Assembly (NCBI RefSeq): GCF_037042905.1
Contig: NC_087252.1
Location: forward strand, 1,986,001 to 2,050,000
DNA from: Lytechinus pictus
Lineage: Eukaryota
Direction: 5' to 3'
Length of the DNA: 64,000 bases
Shown here one piece after another: positions 1 to 12,000 of the stretch. Below the pieces are notes generated by a model. It saw only the letters and a list, made by a program, of their open reading frames with translations. It searched no databases and was not told where the DNA came from. Numbering within the stretch: position 1 is the first letter of the stretch; each line of letters opens with the position of its first letter. The position numbers and the translations under genes were made by a program.

Positions 1-3000
1 CTTTCCACTGCGACGAATGTCACCTGAAGATGAAATATAAGACTGGATTTAAAAGAAAACATATATATTTCGAAAAATATTAGCGTTGTGCATAGTTCGG
101 GTAGGTCTTTAACCTTTCCTAATTTTTCAAATGTGGCCCATTCCAAAGATTAATATCAATAATGCAGGTGTGTTTTGGTTAAAGAATAATAACGATAATA
201 GCTTTTTTTATACAGCGCTTTCCCCATAATGGCTCAAAGCGTTTTACAGTACATTATTACCCCCTTAATTGGATTCATTTCAATCCCGCACGAAAGGGGC
301 ACAATTCCACTCCCTGGGGGAGCATTCCTTGCATTCATCAGAGTCTCATTAATGGCGCTGGCTAATTCAAACATACAATAACCTTTGTATCCTACCGGGT
401 ACCCATTTAGCACCTTGGTCGAGAGCGACAGAGTGTGGATTCACACCTTGCTAAATGACGCTAGACCGCGGTGGGATTCGAACACACGACCCTCTGTTTA
501 TTTATCTATTATTTATTTATTTCGTTTTATTTACCCAGGGTATCAGTTGACTAAGCACTGTTTTTCTTGGGGGCCCTGCATACAAGTAACAAATACAATA
601 AATACAAACAATGAGAAGTATTAAACAAGGAAGAAAATATGTTCAAAGAGACAAGCAACCTGCAGGACATACACACAGACATACTGAAATACATGTGTGT
701 ATGGAGAACAAAAGTCAACATATTGTGCATATACAAATCCATTATATTCCCTATGATCATATGTTTATTGATTACTTTTGTTTTTACTTGATTGCTCGTC
801 CCTGGAACCAGTCAGATAGGGTTAGTTATTTTTAATTAAAAGGTGAGAGTCAGAACCAATACACCACGGCTTTTCCAGAAAGGGAAATATCACCTGTAAG
901 AATGCCAAGCGCCACTTCTTTCTCTAGAACAGGATAAACCGCCTCAGCCAGGGCTTTTCTCCAATTGTATGTTGGACATTTCACTAAGGATCTCCAATAC
1001 TTCAGCATGTCCATGGTGTTTGTTACTGTGCTGATTATTCCCAAATTCTCACGAATTTTGATGCGGTTCGCCTCCTTGGACCCTTCTCCAAAGCTGACGT
1101 CATACAAATCAGCCTGGGACAATTCATATCCTATAAAGAATGAACAGAAATGACATAATTATCATACTGCCACACACATTTTATCTTCATTTAATCTGAT
1201 GAACATTCTCTGTGAACCTGGGCTCCAGAATTAACTACAGCATATACAGGAAGAGTCCACAATCATGACAATCGATCGAAAAATCAAGTTAACTTACGGC
1301 AGCTCTATGAAACGGCCCGCGATATCTATCTTCTTAATATTCATGATTCTTAAATTTTTGTTCAAAAAGAACACATTAAAAAACGATTGGTGATAAAAAA
1401 ACGTTATTTGTTACTGGCTTGATAAGAAAGGGGGAATAACACGAGTTTCAGAAAAATGGGTGAAACCCCAAACAAAACACAATACCTCCTCCTCCGAAAA
1501 AAAATCAGATATGAAAAAGTTCAAGTTCATAATATGGTTTGGACCAAAATGAAGCTGATGCTTGAGAAGATTACCCCTTTACATGAAATAGATAACGCAA
1601 TGCATATAAAACAATGAAAATAAAGAATTAGAAACAAGTAATATATAAGGGAAAACATAAACACACATTAAAAAAATCACATACGCACACGTAGAAATAT
1701 AGAAAATAGAAAATAAAAGAAAATCACAGATATCTGATCTGGGAAATGACATTTTTTGATAGTTACCTGCATTATTAATGTTTTTGTCTACCATTCTCTT
1801 GCATAAACGAATTATGGATTTTCGTGTTTTTTAGGGAGTGTGTTATGACTTAACTTTTAAACAAATGCAAAATTCAAATGAGCAAAGGACTCGAAATGAA
1901 GAAAAAAAAAAGAATTGTTTGCATCTAATTCGGAAGTTGTTAATGTATTTTTTCTCTAGAAGCATATTTAAAAAGAAGGAAATAAGTTTTTAAATGATTA
2001 TATTCAAATTATATTCAAAGGGCAAGTACAACCTCCCAAAATATTGATTTGAATCAATAGAGAGAAGTCAAACAAGCATAACACTGAAAATTTCATCGAA
2101 ATCGGAGATAAGATAAGTTATGACTTTCAAAATTTCGCTTGTTTTCTACAAAACAGTATTATGCACAACTCAGTGACAGGCAAATGAGACACTCGATGAT
2201 GCCCCTCAACCACTGTTTCTTTTGCTTTTAAATGTTTAAATAATAATAATAATAATAATAATATAGGTATATTTATCCTGGGAAGCCACTTCAGTTTCGC
2301 AAACTGTTCTACCAGCGGGCCCTGCTATTAATCCTATCTTTAATCCTATCTTAAAGGGGGAGTGAATTGTGTGCGGTCTCTCATTGATTGTGTGTTATAG
2401 ATACATAGGCCCGTATTCTGAAGTCGGGTTTAACTTAGACTCAGGTTTAAAGTTGTGGTTTAAGTATGGACAGCCAATTGTTACATAATCACTAACAGTA
2501 GATATATCATACTTTCAGCTCATTCGGCTCTCAAATCATTCATAATTGTGTAGGAAGTATAAATAGATGATTGTCTTCACCATCGATGAATCAGGAAAGA
2601 GCACAGTTAACATAAGAAACATACAACTAAATAAAAATTTTGGTACTTTTTGCTTCCCATACTTAAACCACATCTTTAAACCTGAGTCTAAGTTAAACCC
2701 GACTTCAGAATATGGGCCTTAGTCTTTAATTATACGTTTTTAGATATCTACCAATACTACAGAGAATAAATTGATCTATAATTGTGTTTGTATAGAGAAA
2801 CTAAAATGTTTTGAGAGGAAAAGTAATTGTTCCGCTACTTGGTAACATAATTATTGCGGTGTAAATATATTGAGGAGTTAATAAGCATGTCATCATTCAA
2901 GTGGATCTATATTACTAGACTACGCTAGCATTATGGTGTGAAATGGTGTGTGTGACCGGTGTGTTTGCTCAGTTGGTAGAGTGTCCGTCTCGCAACCGGG

Positions 3001-6000
3001 AGGTCGGGGTTCAAACCCCGGCCGCGTCAGACCAAAAGACGTTAAAAAGATAAGAGTTGCTGATACCCTGTTTGGCGTTCAACTATTAAAGGGATAGAGC
3101 CTCGTCGATCTGGCGCTGCACAGCGGCTGCCTAGCTCACAATCTATTGGGCAAAGCAAATTTTCGGAGCATTTCATTTTATGTTTATTTCGAACAATAAA
3201 TTATGGTGTTTTTTTTTTAACTGGCCAGGTATATGAGTAGTTGAGGACTCGAGATAGCGCTATTTGTTCTTATTTGCTTTAATTTCACATTTTACAGATT
3301 TATCACTTGGTAATGAGGAGAAAATTAGAACATTATATAAAGGTAAACGAAAGAAACAATGAGTGGATGATGCCATCAGCCCCGTCAAGTCCCTTTCGTT
3401 TGATTGAATTGAATCTGCACGGTATAAGAAAAAGAAAGGCTAAAATTGATTACCGTAATTCAGCAGAAGACTTATTTCTGGAAACCCGTGTTTGAGAATA
3501 TCACACAGTTGACGTCTCATGCTTCTGGTCGTCTCGTCGTTTCTACAAATATTTTTCATGACTCCTATTGTTCCTCTGGACATGTTAGAAGGAGTCAGAT
3601 ATAGTCTTCTGTATGATCTTAGTTTATCTTCGGATATGCCGAGGGCCATAGCTAATGGATACACGTCTGTCATCAAGAGACGAAATGCTATATCAGCCAG
3701 TTCAACGAGATATAAATCTTCCTTGTTTTCCAATGGGACTAGACCTGCAAGACATAGACAGATACAACCCCCAAACAATTCCAAAATTTTAACCTCAATT
3801 CCTTTTTTCATGATGGAACTACGGTGTACTAAAAGTATTATGAATACGTGTAATGATTTATACAGAATAAAGTGAACAATTCAAATTCATTTGTTTCACA
3901 TTAATCTAAGTTTGAGACTTTGTGGAAAGACCTTGATCGTTTTTGTCTGTTCCCAGCCAGTATGATCATGATGTTATATTCTACCCTGCCTTACCTTACC
4001 TTCCTTTCCAATGGGTTTCAACTTTGCCAAAAGTTTTTCTCGACAGTTTGCCTTTTGATCTGCCGCTTGTTCCTTCTTCATCCAAGTTTTGATTGCAGTG
4101 AAGCAGTAGTCTTCTCCTTCAAGATCACCGAATAACGTAGTTCGTTCGTCTGGTTCAAGAAACCTTGTGATACTTTGTATTTCGCCATCACTCACATTGT
4201 TCGCGGGAAAGACCTCTGTAACAATTCCAGTAATAGATCACAGAAAATATAAAGAATTAATTACTTATCCTCCAAATATATGCTTTAAAGAATATAAACA
4301 GAGGCAGAATATAAGAAATTTGACAAACTAATAAAAATTGTGAGATGATAGATTGTGCTTTCGATATAATTATTTTAATACCTCGGTCACATTTGCTCTA
4401 CGGCCATGCCTTGGAAAACAACCGTTTATTCACTTTTATTCAAACCACCTACATGTAGCTTTTACAAAAAAAAAAATGTTGAAACGGCTGTTTTTGACTC
4501 GTCGTACGGCTGCCGTAGAGCAAATGTCACTGAGGCATAATGAATGATTTTGAAATATATAACATGGATGAAAAGTGTCAAATGCTGGTGTAAGTCATCT
4601 GAATCCTTTTTTGGACAACTGAAGATAAACAAATGTATTTCGTACAATGGTATACATACCTTCAGCATGTTTAGTATTATGTGCCTGTTTAATGTCTTTC
4701 TCGCGTTCCAGTATTAAATAACTGCTATATCCGACCAAATAACCTACAGAATAAAGAAGTACAAAATCAGTACATTATTGTATAAGTACATTTGTTATTT
4801 ACTGTTTTTGATACAATTTAAGTAGTATGAGTGTAGCTGATCGGCTGACTCGTATCAAATATCAAACCAAGTACTTGAAAACCTGAATCTTCAATGTAAC
4901 ATACCTTTTAGATCAGAGCGTCCGATACTAATTGCTGCGTGATCTACTTCATATCTCCTGCTAATAGCATGGCTAATTTCCAGACTACGCTTTTCTTCGG
5001 TTATATCTTCTTCACTCCTCTCTTGCTCATTTTCCTCATGGCTAAGCCAATCGCCGATCATCGACTGAGTTTGAAATACGTGTTCATTGTTTTCATCGCT
5101 GATGGTGGCGATCTTCCCAGTGGTCAGTTCAAGGGCACTTGCCAAAATGTGACAATGCCTACCAGTCAGCTTCGAGGTGAAGTATTGTAACTCCTGATTT
5201 GATATGGGTTGATCAGGTACTAGAGATACAAATAAATGCGATTAAAATACAAATTAAAAGCCCGATCTGTTTAATTCCAGAATTAACGGTGTCGACATAT
5301 AGTCAGAACATAAATAAACATGAAGGATCAGGAACTGTCGTCCATCTTACATCGCCCTATCAAGGCCGCCGTCCATCTTACATCGCCCTATCAAGGGGGG
5401 GGGGGGGGCCTCAACGAATAGCGCATTATTTTCGCCGCACAATGTTCTTTGACCGCGCCGCTCGCTGCCTTTTTAGTTTTAGGTCTTGCGCATCTTTTCA
5501 AACGATAAAAAAACGACGCCCAGGTACGCGGCTCCGTAATTATGCAAATTTTTTGTAAGTGCATGTTAGGCCAAAAATAGACAGGAATAACCGTCGTTTC
5601 TGGGGATTTATTCAACAATTTCTGACATTTTACTGTAATCCCCATTTACCGACGGTAGGGTGTACTTGTGGGCTCGCATGTGTTCTCATTCCCTCCCTTT
5701 TGTCAATTCACAGTCCAAAGTTTGATGTAATTTTACACATCGAATTTACAATCTAAGGATGTATAAACAACAAACTTTTAAAACTTCATGTTTTAACATT
5801 TAAATACTTTAAACGATATAGATGAAAAAGGCATGAAAAATATACTTTACCGATGTTTAATTGGGTTGAACACGATAAAAATGGTCAAAATGGCAGCCAA
5901 ACTATAAAATATTTACAAACGAACGTCAACAATCACGAATGTGATATCGATATTGCTTTCGATATTATACGATCTGCTCCATATGCGAACGAAACCGAAG

Positions 6001-9000
6001 ATAAACGATACTAGTTATACTAGTACTAGTACTAGTTATAATCGCGATATATCGATTCGAGACATTACGTTAATACGATAATGACGTCATTCAAGATGGC
6101 AACTTGCAAGAAAAACCGTCAGGTCAGGTGAAAATGTCTTAGATGACAGATTTCTCAATCATCCAGAGGATTTTTTTCAATAACTCCGGCCCAAGGTATG
6201 CAATTACTTAAGTTATTTATACTTACCTGATAATGGAAACCATGAAACTTTCAATTTTGCTTAAAAAACAGTTTTAAATCGCGTTCTATAAAACGCTAGT
6301 TCACTATACGTTGGCTGTAGGTACGGGGCCCCATCCCCTTCAGTCTATGTATGGTGAGTGGAGCCAACGTAGTTCAGCGGAACAACCAAAATACAGAGAC
6401 TGAAGCTTTTGGTCTAGGCCAAAAACTGCTAAAAATGTGATTTCGTGTACAGAGTCAAAGCAAATTGAGTTTTCAGCTAGAAATCATAAAGTATGACTAT
6501 AATTAGTTTTGCTGGTCTAAATGGATTTATTTATGCTGTTTATGATCTCAAATTAGTACTCAACAAAGTTCATTGAAAAAAGGAAAAGAAAATTGTAAAA
6601 AACAAAGAAAGAAATTACAAAGTGCAAACAAACCCATATAATACATACGAAATTGATCTACATCGCATTTTTTTCCAAATGAATTCGCTAAGAACGACAC
6701 AGAGTTTTTATACCAACAGTTAAATATTTGGAGCTTTATTTACAGCGGAAAATGTATGACTTTGCATACTAATTTTGCATAAATTAGCATAATCACTAAT
6801 AGCAATGAAATAGATTACTATTTATTTTGTGTACATTATGTCACAGACAACCTGCGTGCCAATTTTCGGCGTGATCGCGCGATCCGGGCCATATGATCTC
6901 CTAATATACCCCGGCCTAGATCATGTAGATATGGTTAAGGAAGATCAATTTCCAGGGAAAAGGTCAAACTCACCACAAAAGAAAGTTCTGTCGACTGGCG
7001 TGCATTCTGCTTTTTCGAGAGCTAAACTCAGCAATGAAACTGGGTTTTCATCAAAACGTGTACTGGCCCACTTCTTCAATTCTTCCAATTTTTTCGGTAT
7101 CAGCTCCGATATCCTTTCAGTGTCCTCAGTGTCCGTTGGATGGCGATAATGTGTGATCTCCGAGAGAAAGGTATTGATTTTCACTTGTTCGCCAATGTGC
7201 CACAAAATGTGCTCGAGCATTCTTTCGGAAACCATGACCGTCGACTTTGTCCGTACATCTAGAAAAGGCAAAAACTCTATATCAGAAAAAGGTAGGTAGA
7301 TGCTAAAAACATATACTTCTACGTAAAGACCGACCTACAAATTCCCCGGAACGTCGCAGTTTCTCTCCTGTTCCTGCTCTGTAACTCCACTCGCCGTCTC
7401 AAGCTAACCCAGTCAGTCCGCAAGCCCTTAAAAAGTAGCTTCTTTTATCCAAGTGATATTAATGACAAGAGGGTTTTTGCATAGTTAATGAGCTTGGTGC
7501 GAACCAAAACACCTCTTTTTATTCGGCCATTGCTGCTCTAAATATTGACCAAATTTCATGTTTTTGGTATGTTTGTAAAGAAGAAGAATCATTCTTTTAG
7601 GTCATGTGTTTGGATTTTTAAAAGAATGTTGTAATATAGGAAAAACTTTTGATCTAAAATATGAAAGAAATTTTTTTTTTATGCAACAAAAGTTGTTGTT
7701 TTCACACTTAATTTCTGTTTGGGCACAAATGATTTTTAATCATGATAAAGCTGAAGATCTAAGCTTTAATATGATATAATTTTTATAAGAAGATGTATTT
7801 TAGATGGGTCAGCAGCCAGCTTTTCATAGGCCAAGTACATTTTGCAGCTCAAAAACAAGAATACTGCGCTCTGATTGGTCATACAGACCACACACCCACG
7901 CAAATTCCAATGTTCCCCACACTGGGCCTCTGCAAGGTCACTCACCATGTGGTAATCTCTTCAAATTACCCGCGCCTGTTTGTTTTGAAAACAGTATTCA
8001 GCCAATCAGAACTCTGGAATTGATGTTACTCAGAAATTTCAGAAATCTCGTCTTGCATCTTGATGGAAATAACTGGCTGCTGACCCATCTAAAAGATGCC
8101 ACATATCAAGATTGACATTGTAAGAAAGTATAGAGTTTGAGCTTTCTGATGATATAAATAATGTTGGTGCCTAAAACACAAAATGTTGCACAATTTGCAT
8201 GTGAAAACAGAGGAAGAAAATTCTGTTTGATGCATCTTTTCAGGTAAAAAATTCACTTATTTATCAAAATATTTCATTCAAAAGAAATGACCAATATAAA
8301 AGGGTAACATTTACTCTTGCCCATGGTACAAAAATAATCAATATTACTAAAGGTGAAAGTGGTTCAATTCTTTGAGAAAGAAAGTCTCACAATTCACGAG
8401 ATTTTGCAGGGACGAGCCACGAGAGGACTTGGATAAATCTTGCTCATTTGCTCATTAACACAGGGGCTTGCGGACTAACTGAACCCCTCAAACTACTGAA
8501 GTCTCTTAACCTTTCTGGTTTACAGTCCTGTTAATTACTACTCTAAATTTTTGTAAAGGATGCTCTACTTTTTCCACTTTTTCATCTCTCCATTTCTCTT
8601 CTACCTCTATCCACTTTTGAAGTCCTTGTACACGATGTACCGTCAACCCCTCCCGCAATCCTCCATACTTTATTATTATTATTACTTATTATTTGTACTG
8701 CGCTGTACTTATTGCTGTACTGCGCTGTACTGTACATATTATTTGTACCATACAACTATGCAAACCTTGAAACATCAACCAAATCGATTTTTTTTTTTTG
8801 GGGGGGGGGTTATTACTTCATAATGCAGTACCTACCATAAATTTCTTTCCACGCGTCAGGGTATTTAGCTTTTTCTAAAGCTGTTCTCAATTCCTGCGCT
8901 AGGTCGTATTCATCGTCGTGTGCCTTGCCCGCTTTCCACTGACACAAATGTTTGTAAGCATGCGGGAGTGTGAACCCATGTATCAGTTTCCCGATACCTA

Positions 9001-12000
9001 GCTGTTCAAAGGTATCATTCAATTTCCCCATATCAGACATGGTTACTTTAGACACCATCATCCAGAGCTCGTAAAAAGACAGTTTTCCTAAAATAATGAA
9101 TGTGGGAATAAATGAAAAAAAAGTTTTTGGCAAGTCTGTAACTTAGACAAAAAAAAAACCCATGCAATTCTATAATAATCATGATCAATTCCATTATTTG
9201 TAGATGCTGTTACCAGGACTAGTCACCTAACTGGTTAATGAATACAATTGAAGAAATGAGGCCAAGTTCTCGAAGTGATCCTTTCGCTTCTTTCATCTCT
9301 TCATTAAATTAATTTTGACAACTATTAAAACACTTCATCAGTAAATTTTTCCACATTTATATCCTTGTTTTGTAATCATAGGTTCATATGCATTATATAT
9401 ATTATATACATGATTAAGCTAGTTCTAGTTAATAACTCTGATGTTAGAATGTGTAAAATGTGTTTGACCTTTAATTTTCTTTTTTATCGTATACTCTTAA
9501 ATTATTGTTTTTTAAGGAAAGACTTGTAAAAAGGGAGTCAATATAATGCCACCATTTCAATAGGGCTATTGAGTTTGTCGATTAATCGATTTTAATCGAT
9601 TAAAAGATCACTCAAGGTTTACATCAAATATACCGAGGAAAATGCAAAACTTACAACCATTAAAAAATGTGGTTGGTCCCATTTCTTAATAGCAAAGAAT
9701 GCACTTATCAAAAGGGTAAGGGACGTGTGTAGTCATCCCCTTAAATCCTTAGACTTGACTGTGATAATACCTTTAATTTCCTTAGTTTCCATAAGAGGGT
9801 AACCTTCCTCTATGTCATCGTTACCAGACCCTGTTACGGGGAAGATACAGAGACATTTGAAATAAAATATAAATGTTAATACATGTATCAAATGCAGTTC
9901 TAAATTACAGTAAATCATTGTTTTATTCCGATAATGCCAATTTCCCGAAAGCATATAAGCCATGTACCTAGCACCTTCCGAAACGGCACACAAGGAAAAG
10001 ATTTTATAAGTACACGTTTGTACCTTCCACTATTCCAGATGGATGGTCACAGAATTACATCTACAACATGACAACAGACGTGCAAGAGCGACAAGGTGCA
10101 TATAAAGGTGCTTGCAGTATTGGTAGCAACGTTTGAAAATGCAAAACATATTTTTTCTAACGTTTTGTAGAGCCTGCATCCATTCTGTTCATTCTTGAAT
10201 CTTGAATAAATAATCCCTTCTGCAGCTCATACTGGAAGCTAAACTGGGTGGGTGCATGTGCAGTCAATGGCCGACAGTGACGTTGGAGGTTATTTACTAT
10301 AAAAAGTGGAGGTGTGTGCAAGTAAAAACATGACCATTCAGTTCACAATAACCGGAGTCCAGCAGGTGGCTGCACTGTTAGAAAATAATGAAAGAAGTTC
10401 ATGCAGCAGAGTCTCGAGAACACCTGTTATCTTACCAGATCATGTACAATTACAGGAAATTGGTATTTGGTGTATGGAACCTTACAAATTTCCTTTAATA
10501 AAACGCCCTTTTCCCCTTTTCAAACAGACCTGGTCTGTTAGATTGCAGAAAAAATTCATTTTTTAATGAATTTACAGAATAATTATGTTATTGCTTTCTG
10601 CAACATCTTTTTTTCCCTATAAGATCAGTTTTTTTTATACTTCTGATAACTGGGAAGGCAGCCGCCTGGAAGATATAGTGAGGGAATGTGTGTTGATAGC
10701 TACACTTCTCCGGTAATAATTTTATTAGAAATATTCTAATCATGTGTATTTAGGTGAAAATCACACACACACACAATCTATTCAAAATGTTATATATGCA
10801 AGATTTATTTACACCACCACACCTTCCTTTTATTGATTTCTGAGTTACTTACCTTTACTAACTTTTCTACGATGCCTTCGTAACCAGATCATGAATATGG
10901 AGGCACCAATTACTGTCACGACTCCTAAACTCGCTAAAGGTATTACTGTTAGAGGAATAAGATATTTAGATATTAACATCACATTCTTCATTCAGTCACA
11001 AAATGACAGTAATTTGAATAGAATAAATCGATAGTATTACATTCTTGTGAAATGTAATCAGGGGTTCTTAATTTTATTCAGTGTATATTCACATCGATCA
11101 TAGACACAAGTGCATATAGGACTATATTTCATAAAGGGAAAGAGCAATCGACGTCGGAATAGGCGGATGATAAATGTTACGCGTAACAACACAATTCCAA
11201 GCTCAAAGTTTGCATCAACCATTATAACAATACATCATGTTTTAGTCTGATAAAAACGGCAAATTAGCGATATAATGGTTTCTGTTAACTGATTATCGAT
11301 TCCACAATCACACGGAAATACAAAGCTTTATCTATTGAAAACATATAAAAAAATAATTGTCATCTTGTTCATAGGTTATACAATTGCAGATGAAACTAAA
11401 AGGAAAATTCTCGATATCTCTGTGTCCATTATTTTGTTGCAGAAGAAACAAATGACGGTGAGAACAAACATAATAATTATGATGATTTTAATGATATCAT
11501 GCTGATAACCATCATCATCTTTACCAATAACCATGAGGAGGTTTGTTCCCTTTGGTGGCATTGTTGTCATGGTTGTTGATTCTTCGGGAGCCGAAGTTTG
11601 TTCTTCCGGAAGCCGAACAAATGCTGTCACCGCACGTTCCTTGTGTTGTCCAGGTATGTCTGATGCGACACACACGTATGGCATTTTACTTGGAACTGCA
11701 CTTATGGAAACTGACTTGCTTCTGGTTTCATCGTCATTGATCCATTCTTTCGTCTCGGATGAAGCAATTTTCTCAGTCCCGTGCAAAAAGAACAGGCTCA
11801 GTTTGGGGTAAAAACCAGAAGCATAGCAGTTGAGGTTTACACGGGGGTTTACATTGGTAAGTGTGGTAATGGAACAACCGAAGTCTTGAACAATCGAAGA
11901 CGAGTCATTGCACTCCTTAATGGCCGGGTAAGGTTCTGTAGGTGGCTCTGTGAAAAAGAATTGACCAATCACATGACCATTATAACGCATGATGTACTAT

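Noticed and set aside
2955..3030. tRNA gene
   Set aside because: Imperfect stems and continuation into a SINE-like body.
10024..10060. Extra juxtamembrane exon in gene A (tgtag...GAAG|gtac)
   Set aside because: 37 nt with stops in all three frames; at most a decayed exon.
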